Part shown: positions 1-9,388 of the stretch, piece after piece
How positions within the stretch are numbered: position 1 is the stretch's first letter
How the letters are laid out: every line of letters starts with the position of its first letter
Source of the DNA: a candidate division WOR-3 bacterium
GTDB lineage: Bacteria; Hydrothermota; Hydrothermia; LBFQ01
Assembly (NCBI GenBank): GCA_039802605.1
Contig: JBDRWW010000008.1
Coordinates: 6,108 to 70,107 of the forward strand
Direction of reading: 5' to 3'
Length of the DNA: 64,000 nucleotides
Notes under the pieces: generated by a model
What the model saw: the letters and a program-made list of their open reading frames with translations, nothing else
Database searches by the model: none
What the model was told of the DNA's origin: nothing
Program-made: the position numbers and the translations under genes

Positions 1-455
1 TCCGCCACAACTTTTGGAACAAAGGGCCTTATATCCCCGCCAAGGGAGAAAATTTCTTTCACAAAGGATGAAGATAAATATGCAAACTGCTCGGAGGATA
101 AAAGGAATATGGTTTCCATATCCTCATAAAGTTTTTTGTTTATCCAGGCCATTTTTAATTCGTATTCGTAATCGGATACCGCCCTTAAACCCCTTATAAC
201 GGTTTTTACCCCTATTTTTTTAAGAAATTCAACCAACAAACCCTCAAACTCCAAAACCTCAACATTTTTTAAATGTTTAACGCTTTCCTCAATTAACTTT
301 TTTCTAACACCTAAGGGCAGTAGGGGTTCTTTGTGCCTTGGGTTTGCCACGCCTATTATCACCCTATCAAAAATCCTCGTTGCCCTTTCAACTATATCCA
401 AATGGCCGAGCGTAAAGGGGTCAAATGTCCCAGGATAAACCGCCCTCTTTAACAT
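1..455 (-). CDS. coaD: Phosphopantetheine adenylyltransferase. The C-terminus is cut by the window edge.
   Basis: Minus-strand translation from the ATG at 455 gives MLKRAVYPGTFDPFTLGHLDIVERA..., which carries the T/HxGH nucleotidyltransferase motif. It is not in the ORF track because it runs off the window. Its ATG overlaps the upstream stop (TAATG). Confidence 0.8.
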   Translation of the reverse strand, partial: MLKRAVYPGTFDPFTLGHLDIVERATRIFDRVIIGVANPRHKEPLLPLGVRKKLIEESVKHLKNVEVLEFEGLLVEFLKKIGVKTVIRGLRAVSDYEYELKMAWINKKLYEDMETIFLLSSEQFAYLSSSFVKEIFSLGGDIRPFVPKVVA

Positions 456-769
456 TAAAAAACCTCCCCACCCAAGGGTACATCCCTATCGGGCTTTATT
501 AAAACAACCCTCCCCATTTCATCCGGTACCCCAAGGACCAAAACCTCGGATATTACCCCTGCAATGTTTTTGGGTTCAAGGTTTGTAGCGCATATTACCA
601 ACCTACCCACCAAATCCTCCGGTTTGTACAGGTCTGTTATCTGGGCGGAAGATGTTTTAACCCCGTACTCTCCAAAATCAATTTTTAAAATATAGGCGGG
701 CTTACGGGTTTTTGGGTGGGGTTTGGCCTCTATTATCCTCCCCACCCTCATTTCCAGTCCCTTTATCAT
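455..769 (-). CDS. tRNA-binding domain protein (CsaA/YgjH/EMAP-like OB fold).
   Basis: MRVGRIIEAKPHP...KIDFGEYG...ICATNLEPKNIAGVISEVLVLG is the typical Myf/CsaA tRNA-binding domain. The start is probably the internal Met at 751. Confidence 0.7.
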   Translation of the reverse strand: MIKGLEMRVGRIIEAKPHPKTRKPAYILKIDFGEYGVKTSSAQITDLYKPEDLVGRLVICATNLEPKNIAGVISEVLVLGVPDEMGRVVLIKPDRDVPLGGEVF

Positions 770-1181
770 CTTTATAACCTCCTTTTTCGGGTTTCTTTGG
801 CGGTTTTCTCTTCGTAAAAACCTCCACCTTTACGGAATTCACATTATCCCACCTGTCATAAACCTTAACCTCTAAGGTGTCGGGATAAAAATCGTCCCCA
901 TTATCCGGAATATTAACCGTTGTATCAAAACCTATATCCCTTCCCTTAACGCTAAAAACACCCAATATATTCCCTCCCCTATAAACTTCAACTTTATAAA
1001 TCCCCGATGAATCCGTTGCGTTAAGCGTTAGGTTAAACTTCCCCTTTATCGTATCGCCAAAGTTTGGGGAAAATAGTATGATTTTTGGCGGGTTAAACTC
1101 CCCCTTTCCCGGGGGATTCACCTTTTTTCCACACCCCAATATTAACAACGAAATTAAAACAAAACTAAACCTTTGCCTCAA
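702..1181 (-). CDS. Putative lipoprotein of unknown function.
   Basis: The N-terminus MRQRFSFVLISLLILGCG has a lipobox. The C-terminus is Lys/Pro/Gly-rich. No recognisable domain. Confidence 0.4.
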   Translation of the reverse strand: MRQRFSFVLISLLILGCGKKVNPPGKGEFNPPKIILFSPNFGDTIKGKFNLTLNATDSSGIYKVEVYRGGNILGVFSVKGRDIGFDTTVNIPDNGDDFYPDTLEVKVYDRWDNVNSVKVEVFTKRKPPKKPEKGGYKDDKGTGNEGGEDNRGQTPPKNP

Positions 1182-2316
1182 TTTTCCATCTCAGGATGGC
1201 TCCTACGGTTCCGGAAATCGCGTTCCTCAACCTATCCGTATTTGCCATTTCAACCCTTCCACCAAGGCTTAAAACATGCTCTATGAGTTTGTTTGTTATG
1301 TCGGGGGTTAAAACAACCCTATCGGATGCACTCGGACATTCCCCAAATACCCCATAATATCCACTGGGATGGCATATAAAACCTTCCTTTGAAAAATCAA
1401 CATCTACGATTAGCGTTTCAACATTCCCCAAGAGGGCCATGTCAATAGCCGGTTGTAGTCCCTTAACGGCCATTTCAATGGCTAACATCTCCTCAAACCT
1501 TGCTGCCAACCGGTTTTCCTCCTCCCTATCCATCTGCGCTATTTTATCCAACAGGACATTATAAACCTCGTTTTTGTTTGTGGGATGCGAAAGATTGAGT
1601 TCTCCCCTATAAGTATGTTTAACATATGTGTGGAGATAGGATACCACCATTGGGATTAATTTCCTATCCAAAGAGGATAAAAAGAGGTTATCAAACCTTT
1701 CCCTTTTGTATATCTCAAATATTTCGTTTGCGACAAACTTGGCAACCCTGCTTTCCTCCTCCATTTTTAACATTTCAAAGTTTTTCGTACCTGTTGTCCT
1801 ATAAGCGGGGATGTTTCCGGCGGCGTATTTAAAGGTTGCGGGTCTTTCCGCCCATTGTGTAAAGTCGGGAGTTTCGGCTAAGGTTCTTAAACTATATGGC
1901 TCTACCATATACACGTAAAAGTGTTTTTTACCAAAATCAACGACGAGGTTTTTACCGAATTCGGTTTCAACGGCCAAAATACCCCTCTTATAAGGCTCTA
2001 CATCCACGACCAAGCTGTTGCGTATAACATAAGGTAATTGGACCACTTCCCAGTATCCTTCACTGCCGTTTGAGAATATTGCTATCCCTCTAACCGGAAT
2101 GCCCTCTTCGCTTTCCAAGTTTTTGGGGTTAGACAGAAAATCCTCTATTTTATCAAAGTCCTCATAAACCCCCTTAAATTCACCTTCATCCAAACCCTTT
2201 TCTTTTAAAAACTCTTTAAACCTCTTCACAAGGGTCTTAAACTTTACTATAAACCTTGGGGGTCTATCTGCCCTATCATCAGGCGATAAGCTGAGATATA
2301 CGCTCGTGTAAAACAT
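1165..2316 (-). CDS. eRF1/Pelota-fold protein, baeRF-like family.
   Basis: The C-terminal ...RLRNAISGTVGAILRW resembles the eRF1 domain-3 GGIGGILRY motif. No GGQ motif is present. Length is 383 aa. Confidence 0.35.
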   Translation of the reverse strand: MFYTSVYLSLSPDDRADRPPRFIVKFKTLVKRFKEFLKEKGLDEGEFKGVYEDFDKIEDFLSNPKNLESEEGIPVRGIAIFSNGSEGYWEVVQLPYVIRNSLVVDVEPYKRGILAVETEFGKNLVVDFGKKHFYVYMVEPYSLRTLAETPDFTQWAERPATFKYAAGNIPAYRTTGTKNFEMLKMEEESRVAKFVANEIFEIYKRERFDNLFLSSLDRKLIPMVVSYLHTYVKHTYRGELNLSHPTNKNEVYNVLLDKIAQMDREEENRLAARFEEMLAIEMAVKGLQPAIDMALLGNVETLIVDVDFSKEGFICHPSGYYGVFGECPSASDRVVLTPDITNKLIEHVLSLGGRVEMANTDRLRNAISGTVGAILRWKIEAKV

Positions 2317-2347
2317 AAGCGGGAATTATACCGTTGTTATGGTTATT

Positions 2348-3787
2348 CTAAAAACGCTTGAAAAACTTGATAATCCCCCTATCCGTTTTTAAAAATATTA
2401 TCCCCTTTGGAGCCTCATTTAATGAGTTATAAACCTTACCATCAACGGAATAAACCCTTAAAACCTTTCCGCAGGATTTTACGAACGATTCACCCACCGA
2501 AAGATCATCATCGTCACCCAACGGAGTGCAACTCGCAGTAGTAGCCGGACCTATGTTTTGCACATTAACCGGGGCATCGGTTATGGTTGTGGATGAGGTT
2601 CTGTCGTTCAATGTGGGCAGAGTATTATCAACCGTATAAGAAGGTGTCCATATATTTGGGGTTATTACCGCAGAATTTCCGGCGCATACCGTGCCATCGG
2701 GTAGGGTTTTTACCACAAAAAAGTCAGACCTCGTTGAAAAACCAACCAATTTATAACTGTTTCCAACGGATAAATAACCGCCATCCGGTGCAACATCCAC
2801 ATCGTTGCCCACATCCCCAAAGTTTGTTCCCCAAAATATCCTCGCCCACACCAAATTACCATTGTTATCTAGTTTCACTATTATTGCGTCCTCAAAACCG
2901 AAGGCGTCGTGAGAATACGAGAATGTATAACCAACCACAACACACCCATCATCGGGAGAATATGTGATCCCAAAACCCTCATCGTTTGAACCCCCACCTA
3001 TTAACTTTACCCATTTGATATTACCGAGGGTATCAACCCTTAAAACCACTATGTCGGTATTTCCGGAAACATCCGTATATCCCCCTACACAATAATCCCC
3101 GGAGGGTGTTTGGGATATGGAGTAAAACCAGTCCTGATTCCCTATATCAACCCTTAGAGACCATAAGGGATTACCCATATTATCCGTTCTTATAGTGAGG
3201 CCGTCTATGTTTCCCCCCGATGAAATCCTACCCGCAAACATCAGCCTACCGTTTGCATCCTCCCTAACCTCTCTAACCATTGATGGGTCGGCGTAGTTCA
3301 ATGTTTTAGACCATATGAGGTTTCCTGATGCATCAAGCTTGAAAAACCATACGGCATATCCAAAACCTACGGAATAACCCGAGGCAATCACATTTCCATC
3401 CGAGGATTGGGTTATCCAGTATGGGTAGTCATCAAAGGAGGTTCCTATATACTTGGCCCATTGGAAGTTTCCCGAATTGTCAAGGGATACAACCAATGCG
3501 TCGTATCCGGCATTCGTTGTCCTTCCCGCCAAAACATAGCCCCAAGGCGATACGGTTAAACCGTAAGCCCTATCCTCTGCGGATGTCCCTATGAGTTTTG
3601 CAAACATCATATTGCCCGTTGGAGATAACCTTACGAATGCAAAATCCCCATTTGTCCCATAACTCATCCAAATTCCACCCGCGGCATATCCGCTATCCGG
3701 GGCTATTACACCCGCATAGGCCTCATCATTTTGATTTCCACCATATCTAACCATAAAAGAAACCGCCGAAATAGTTAGTACGATCAT
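2348..3787 (-). CDS. Secreted beta-propeller (SBBP-like) repeat protein with a T9SS C-terminal sorting domain.
   Basis: There is a hydrophobic N-terminus. The motif SGN/DGN-x-x-W-(A/S)K recurs about every 50 aa. The C-terminus VLRVYSVDGKVYNSLNEAPKGIIFLKTDRGIIKFF is typical of a T9SS CTD. Confidence 0.6.
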   Translation of the reverse strand: MIVLTISAVSFMVRYGGNQNDEAYAGVIAPDSGYAAGGIWMSYGTNGDFAFVRLSPTGNMMFAKLIGTSAEDRAYGLTVSPWGYVLAGRTTNAGYDALVVSLDNSGNFQWAKYIGTSFDDYPYWITQSSDGNVIASGYSVGFGYAVWFFKLDASGNLIWSKTLNYADPSMVREVREDANGRLMFAGRISSGGNIDGLTIRTDNMGNPLWSLRVDIGNQDWFYSISQTPSGDYCVGGYTDVSGNTDIVVLRVDTLGNIKWVKLIGGGSNDEGFGITYSPDDGCVVVGYTFSYSHDAFGFEDAIIVKLDNNGNLVWARIFWGTNFGDVGNDVDVAPDGGYLSVGNSYKLVGFSTRSDFFVVKTLPDGTVCAGNSAVITPNIWTPSYTVDNTLPTLNDRTSSTTITDAPVNVQNIGPATTASCTPLGDDDDLSVGESFVKSCGKVLRVYSVDGKVYNSLNEAPKGIIFLKTDRGIIKFFKRF

Positions 3788-3821
3788 TACCCTGCATTTT
3801 AAGGTTGGGGTATTTGTTTTG

Positions 3822-4364
3822 TCAATAGAGGATTTTTATACTGTCAATTTTTAAAATTACAAGGGCACCCATATACCTAATAACCCATTTTTGGGGAAAC
3901 TTTACGGGTTCGTAAGCGTAATCCGAAACCTTAGCCGATATACCCTCCCCCCTAAACTCCTCAATCCTGTCGGAAACTATTTTTAAGTAATAGCCCTCTC
4001 CCCTTGAAATTTCCACCGTATCGGCGTATAGTTTTAATTTTAGGGGGTTAGATTCCTCAAAGACGAATTTACTTAGGGATATTAAAAATGCGCTACCGTT
4101 ATCCATTTTTACAAATATACTGTCGGACAACTTGTAAAGTTTGAAATCGCCCTCTTTTGTGTTTATAAAGAACCTAACCGTGTATTTTCCGTATGCTACG
4201 AGGTTGGGTAATTTTCTAATTTCTTCAAGAACGGTATTAACCTCTATCTCGTATATCAAAACATCCCTTTTAATTTCCGTCGCTTTTATACATCCCGCTA
4301 CGCTAAAAACTAAGGTAGAGGCTAAAATAAGCCGTGAAATATTCATACCTCCCAACCCCCACAT
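3822..4364 (-). CDS. Putative lipoprotein.
   Basis: MNISRLILASTLVFSVAGC carries a lipobox. No known domain. The likely start is the internal Met near 4346. Confidence 0.35.
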   Translation of the reverse strand: MWGLGGMNISRLILASTLVFSVAGCIKATEIKRDVLIYEIEVNTVLEEIRKLPNLVAYGKYTVRFFINTKEGDFKLYKLSDSIFVKMDNGSAFLISLSKFVFEESNPLKLKLYADTVEISRGEGYYLKIVSDRIEEFRGEGISAKVSDYAYEPVKFPQKWVIRYMGALVILKIDSIKILY

Positions 4365-6588
4365 TTATCGGATCACCCGTTGAGGATAAAAGGGCATTCC
4401 CGTCGTTTATTTGTTTCTTATACCTTAGTTTAAACCTTATATAAGCGTTTCCCATTAAGGACTTTGAAAGGGTTATATAAAATTTCGAACCCCTGTTGTA
4501 TAAAAAGTCTATTCCGTCGTCTTCAAAAACCCATAAAGAATACCCATTACTCGCCCATACACCGGAACCCATATTAATTCTCGTCCCTTCCGCGAAGGGG
4601 AATTCGTAAAAAACGCTTAAAAATCCACCGGATGAGGGGTTTAGGTTTTGGGATTTAAAATCCGAATACCTAACCTCGACACCCGCTATTGAAGATGCAT
4701 CCGTTATAAAGAACATCCTAATGGCACTTTCCGTTGATTTGCTCTTATAAGGATATCCGTACCGGATATCCTCCCTGTCTAAGTACCTCCTCCATACCCT
4801 AACCCTAAAAGACCATAGAACCCTCCACTCAACTTCCATATGCAACCTTTTATTTATCAATCCGTCGGTTTTATCCCTCCAATAGTCCAGATAAATACGG
4901 GGTAATATGATGTTTGAAAACAACCTATCCCTTACCTGAACGAAGAAACCCTCCTCGGGTTTTGGTAGGGGTAAATCCGCAACATTTGTGGCCAAGGGGT
5001 CCAAAACCCTATAAGAGTATCTGAAATCCGTCCTCTCAAATCTGTTATCCTCTTTAAAAGGCCTTGCATAAGGGTTTGTATAGTTTATCGCGTAATTTCT
5101 ATAAACAAAATCAACCGTCTTGCTACCCCTCGCCCATTTAAGGATTAAAAGATATGACGGTTTGAAATCTTTTATGTTACCCGCAATATCCCCCCTTATT
5201 TCCAAATCGTTCAACAAAGCCATGTATGTTATACCCGCATACCTCTGTGTTCTTGAAGTGTCTATTGCAAAGGAAGGGTCGTACTTCCAACCGTTGTTAA
5301 AGGTATATGAATAATAGGGTATTGTTAAGCTACCCCAATTCCCCGAGAAGGGTTTGTCGTAATCAATCTGGAAAAACATCCCACCTATACCAAAACCGGA
5401 GGTGCTTATATAGTTTATCCCTCCCCCCACAATCCTCTCATCAATGGCATCTTTAAATATACCCGGTCTGAATTCGCTTGAATAGTAAAAAAGAGGTCTG
5501 TTTGCGGTATCAACAATTGCGTCCTTTTTATCCTTTGAAAATATGAAAAAGGGCGAAAACCCCGCAAAGTTCCCCCATATCCCCAAACCTCTGAGTTTAA
5601 AGGTTTCCCCATAAACCACATCGGGTATCAAACCCCAAACCTTTTCATAAACCCTATCCCCCACGCTTTCCGATGATTCAAATATTAAACCGTTTCCAAA
5701 GGAAAACCTATAATCACCCACCAAAACCCTTAAATAATCGTTTTTAAATCCCAGAAAAACCTTGTTATAGGCCGTATAGTTTTCCCACCTGTAAAATCCG
5801 AAGTCGTATTTTTCGTAAAGTTTAAACATTCCCCTTATGGAATACCCCAATTTTGGTAATGTTTTTATATCATTAGCCTCCTCCTGCAACCTGTTGAAAA
5901 ATTCGTTTATACTCCCATCGCTCCAACCCCCTTCCCTCAAAAGGTTTATATTCCTTGAATTTCCACTAGTATCCATCAAGTCGTTTATTGATGATGCTAA
6001 AAATGAAGAGGGGTCATAGGCGTAATTGCTGGTTATTGCATAAATTGAAAGAAAACCCTTTAATGGTTTGTATTCCTCTTTAAAACTTACGAAGTTCCTC
6101 AAATTTCTATACCCGTAATAGGACAGTCCGGGGGCAGACCTCAAATCCCGTAAGGAGTTTATTTTTGTTATCTCCCTCCATTTTATAACCGATATGGCAT
6201 CTTTAAAGGATACACCGTATATGTTCATTAAATCGTAAATGTTTGCCTTGTTCGGGTTTATGGGGTTTCCACCCATAAGTATCCAATACTCCCTGCTTAG
6301 ATCGGATGGGCTTTCCTCCCTCGTGGAGTACGATATAACATCTCCAATCCTACTTCCAAGACCCGAGGTATCCAGCTCTCCCGGGGAATATAAAACCAAA
6401 GAATCCTTAACCTTTGCGAAAATCTCATCCGTTATTCCGGGTACATTTCTCAATTCATAAATGCTTTCAAAATCACCTCTAAGTTGCCTGTATTTATAAA
6501 CGCTATCCGCCAAACCCTCTGGAAATATCCTCCTTAACTCTTCAAGCGTTGCACCGTTTAAGGATATGTATGCGATTAGAAAGGACAT
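4303..6588 (-). CDS. Large Tyr/Phe/Asn/Gly-rich protein with an N-terminal helix-hairpin-helix (ComEA-like) motif and an OMP-like C-terminal phenylalanine.
   Basis: ELRNVPGITDEIFAKVKD is an HhH motif. The composition is beta-strand rich. The protein ends in ...YFSLYLSF, an OMP-like terminal aromatic. No clear signal peptide. Confidence 0.4.
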   Translation of the reverse strand: MSFLIAYISLNGATLEELRRIFPEGLADSVYKYRQLRGDFESIYELRNVPGITDEIFAKVKDSLVLYSPGELDTSGLGSRIGDVISYSTREESPSDLSREYWILMGGNPINPNKANIYDLMNIYGVSFKDAISVIKWREITKINSLRDLRSAPGLSYYGYRNLRNFVSFKEEYKPLKGFLSIYAITSNYAYDPSSFLASSINDLMDTSGNSRNINLLREGGWSDGSINEFFNRLQEEANDIKTLPKLGYSIRGMFKLYEKYDFGFYRWENYTAYNKVFLGFKNDYLRVLVGDYRFSFGNGLIFESSESVGDRVYEKVWGLIPDVVYGETFKLRGLGIWGNFAGFSPFFIFSKDKKDAIVDTANRPLFYYSSEFRPGIFKDAIDERIVGGGINYISTSGFGIGGMFFQIDYDKPFSGNWGSLTIPYYSYTFNNGWKYDPSFAIDTSRTQRYAGITYMALLNDLEIRGDIAGNIKDFKPSYLLILKWARGSKTVDFVYRNYAINYTNPYARPFKEDNRFERTDFRYSYRVLDPLATNVADLPLPKPEEGFFVQVRDRLFSNIILPRIYLDYWRDKTDGLINKRLHMEVEWRVLWSFRVRVWRRYLDREDIRYGYPYKSKSTESAIRMFFITDASSIAGVEVRYSDFKSQNLNPSSGGFLSVFYEFPFAEGTRINMGSGVWASNGYSLWVFEDDGIDFLYNRGSKFYITLSKSLMGNAYIRFKLRYKKQINDGNALLSSTGDPINVGVGRYEYFTAYFSLYLSF

Positions 6589-6600
6589 TATGCCGTTATT

Positions 6601-7614
6601 CTACGGTTGTGAGGGTTTTAACACCGCCCTAAACCTCGCCTTCCCCTTTCTAACAACATCCAAGGCCTCATTAACCCTTTCAAACCCAAAAACCTCAACC
6701 ATAGGCCTGATGTTCCACTCCTTTGCAAACCTTAATGTTTCCCTCAAAAGCTTCCTATTACCCACGGCTGAGCCCGTTATTACAAGCCTTTTACCGAGTA
6801 TTTCCCGGGGATATATCTTTATCGGTTCTTGAGCGTTCCCCACAAATGTTAGCCTTCCCCTCGGCGCAAGCCCATTTATTAACCTCTCTATTGAACCGGA
6901 CACAAAGGATGTGGTTATTATGACATCCATACCCCCCAAGTCCTTTAACCTTTTAGGAACATTTTCGTCATCATAAACGAACTCATCCGCACCGAGTTTT
7001 TTAACCAATTCTTCCTTATCTTTACTACTACTTATCGCTACGACAAATCCCCCCATCGCCTTTGCAAACTGAACCGCCAAATGCCCAAGGCCGCCTATGG
7101 AATGCACCGCAACCCTTTCCCCAGCTTTTAAACCAACCCTCCTTAGAGCCGAATATACCGTTAATCCTGCGCAAAATAACGGTGCCGCTTCCTCGGGTTT
7201 TAAACCCTCGGGAACCTTTGTTATGAAATTGGCCGGAGCCTTCATGTATTCCGCATAACCCCCTTGAACGGATATACCCGTTATTTTATACTCCGGGCAT
7301 AACTGCTCTTCCCCCTCAACACAATAATCGCAAACGCCACAAGATGAATAAACCCAAGGCATCCCCACCCTTTCCCCTATCTCAACATTTCTTACATTCT
7401 TCCCCTTATCAACCACAACCCCCACAACCTCATGCCCGGGAACAACGGGGTACCTAACTCTATCCGCCCAATCGCCATCAACTATATGTATATCACTATG
7501 GCAAACCCCACAACACTCAACCCTTATTAAAACTTCATCTTCGTTTATTTTGGGAATTTCCCACTCTTCTATAACCAAAGGCTTACCCGGTTCATAGCAA
7601 ACCGCAACCTTCAT
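6601..7614 (-). CDS. Zinc-dependent alcohol dehydrogenase (MDR family).
   Basis: GVCHSDIH is the zinc ligand motif. A structural zinc Cys cluster CGVCDYC is present. The GxGxxG Rossmann motif GGLGHLAVQFAKAMGG is present. Confidence 0.85.
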   Translation of the reverse strand: MKVAVCYEPGKPLVIEEWEIPKINEDEVLIRVECCGVCHSDIHIVDGDWADRVRYPVVPGHEVVGVVVDKGKNVRNVEIGERVGMPWVYSSCGVCDYCVEGEEQLCPEYKITGISVQGGYAEYMKAPANFITKVPEGLKPEEAAPLFCAGLTVYSALRRVGLKAGERVAVHSIGGLGHLAVQFAKAMGGFVVAISSSKDKEELVKKLGADEFVYDDENVPKRLKDLGGMDVIITTSFVSGSIERLINGLAPRGRLTFVGNAQEPIKIYPREILGKRLVITGSAVGNRKLLRETLRFAKEWNIRPMVEVFGFERVNEALDVVRKGKARFRAVLKPSQP

Positions 7615-7664
7615 AAGTTGGGAATTATAACGAGGGTAATATCATCTCTAAAACCTTTCAGCGG

Positions 7665-7670
7665 TATAAT
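7665..7670 (+). promoter_or_regulatory. Candidate -10 element TATAAT upstream of rplS.
   Basis: A TATAAT hexamer lies 10 nt upstream of the rplS ATG. There is no obvious SD, consistent with a leaderless or short-leader message. Confidence 0.25.
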
Positions 7671-7679
7671 ACCCGCATT

Positions 7680-8069
7680 ATGGAAGAGATAATCCACAAG
7701 GTTGAAGAAGAATACAAGCGTAAGGATCTACCCGAAATAAAACCCGGCGATACGGTTAAGGTTTATTGGAAGATTTTGGAAATAAAGGAAGATCCCAAAA
7801 AGAAAACGAGGGATGTTAAGATGAGGACACAGGTTTTTGAGGGTGTGGTCTTGGCATTGCAGGGTAAAGGGATAAATAAAAAGATACTCGTTAGGAAAAT
7901 TAGTTATGGAATACCCGTTGAAAGGCTCTTCCCCCTGCATTCCCCATACCTCGAAAAGTTAGAAATAGTATCAAGGGCAAAGGTTAGAAGGGCAAAACTA
8001 TACTACCTAAGGGATAAGATAGGGAAAGCCGCAAAGTTAAAGGTTTTGCGTGAGGAAAATCAAGGGTAG
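7680..8069 (+). CDS. rplS: Ribosomal protein L19.
   Basis: KPGDTVKVYWKI...RTQVFEGVVLALQGKG...SPYLEKLEIV is an L19 family signature. Confidence 0.9.
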   Translation: MEEIIHKVEEEYKRKDLPEIKPGDTVKVYWKILEIKEDPKKKTRDVKMRTQVFEGVVLALQGKGINKKILVRKISYGIPVERLFPLHSPYLEKLEIVSRAKVRRAKLYYLRDKIGKAAKLKVLREENQG

Positions 8070-8379
8070 GCTCTCGGAAGACAGGGTAGAAGGTTTTTTA
8101 AAGAATAGGGGTTTTGAGGTTTTAGCGAGGAATTATAGAAAGGTTTTTGGCGAGATAGATATAATAGCCTATAAGGATGGCGAAGTTTGGTTTGTTGAGG
8201 TAAAAACTCACAATCCAACCTTTAACCCTATGGATAAAATTGATCACAAAAAATTAAACCGAATGTTAAAGGTTGCGGGTTGCTTTATGGAGGAAAGGGG
8301 TATATCCGCACGGGCGAGGATGTTTTTGGCAATCGTTAGAGAAGAAAAGGTGGATTTTGTTGAAATAGATGCTTGGTAA
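8050..8379 (+). CDS. YraN-family (UPF0102) endonuclease.
   Basis: LARNYRKVFGEIDIIAYKDGEVWFVEVKTH. Lies in the conserved rplS-yraN context. Confidence 0.8.
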   Translation: MRKIKGRLSEDRVEGFLKNRGFEVLARNYRKVFGEIDIIAYKDGEVWFVEVKTHNPTFNPMDKIDHKKLNRMLKVAGCFMEERGISARARMFLAIVREEKVDFVEIDAW

Positions 8380-9388
8380 AATCCTCAGGTTTTCCCCAAA
8401 AAGGCTTATACTCTTTCCGGAAAAGGGGTATTTGCAGGTTAAATGGGAAAAGGGTGAATATAAAGGTGAATTTGTAAAAAATTTTGGGAACCTGGTGATA
8501 GAGGAATACGATTATCCAGCAGTTTTGTTGAAGTTTCAGGAAAGCCTTAGGGTTTTTAAAATTTACGCATTGCTTTGGTATGAGGTTGATTTTTATATAA
8601 AAAGGGGAATAAAGGTTGAAGAATTCGTTGGTGGATTGCCGGGCAGGTGGGAGGAAAATTTAAGGGGTTGGAATATAAGAACTATGCAAACATTAAACGG
8701 AAAATATTTTCTGGCTTATAAGAGGACGAATAGGGCGAGTATTAGGTTTTTGAGGGTTAAGGATGGGATAAAGAGGTTAAAGTTTCCACGCAGGATGAAT
8801 ATTTTGGCGGTTTTCGAGGGGGATTTTACATTTGAAGGGGCGGTAAGGGTTTTGAGGGAATATTTTGAAAAAGCGGGATATACCTTTAAATCGCCCGAAA
8901 TAAAAAACGGCACAATTTTCGGAAAATATTACATAAAGATTATGGGAGATTCCATACTTTTGGTGCATATTCCCCGGGCGGTTTTTAGGGTTGTGTTTGA
9001 AAGGTTTAAGGGGGGTTATCAGGTGGTAAAAAACCTATTAATGCCAATAAAACTGGATAAGATACCGGAAACCGTAAAAATCAGGTTGTCAAGGTTGGGT
9101 TTTAAATTCTCCGGGAATAGCATCATATCCGTTCCAGAACTTCCCATTTCTTTTGCTGCAAACGCCATTGAGAATTTTATAAGGGAGAGTACGGGAATAG
9201 AAGGGGAGGACGATTTTATTAAGAAACTCTCAAAGGCCCTTTCCGAAGACGCACAAATAAAGGATGTGGAAAACTTTATTTTTGAACTCTTTATGTGCAA
9301 AAACCCTTATCAAGACCCGGAAGGGAATGTAATAATAAAGCGCATATCCTTGGATGAAATTAACGAATATTTTGGGGAAAACATCTAA
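8369..9388 (+). CDS. Hypothetical protein.
   Basis: A 339-aa ORF with coding-like composition. No recognisable motif. Confidence 0.4.
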   Translation: MLGKILRFSPKRLILFPEKGYLQVKWEKGEYKGEFVKNFGNLVIEEYDYPAVLLKFQESLRVFKIYALLWYEVDFYIKRGIKVEEFVGGLPGRWEENLRGWNIRTMQTLNGKYFLAYKRTNRASIRFLRVKDGIKRLKFPRRMNILAVFEGDFTFEGAVRVLREYFEKAGYTFKSPEIKNGTIFGKYYIKIMGDSILLVHIPRAVFRVVFERFKGGYQVVKNLLMPIKLDKIPETVKIRLSRLGFKFSGNSIISVPELPISFAANAIENFIRESTGIEGEDDFIKKLSKALSEDAQIKDVENFIFELFMCKNPYQDPEGNVIIKRISLDEINEYFGENI

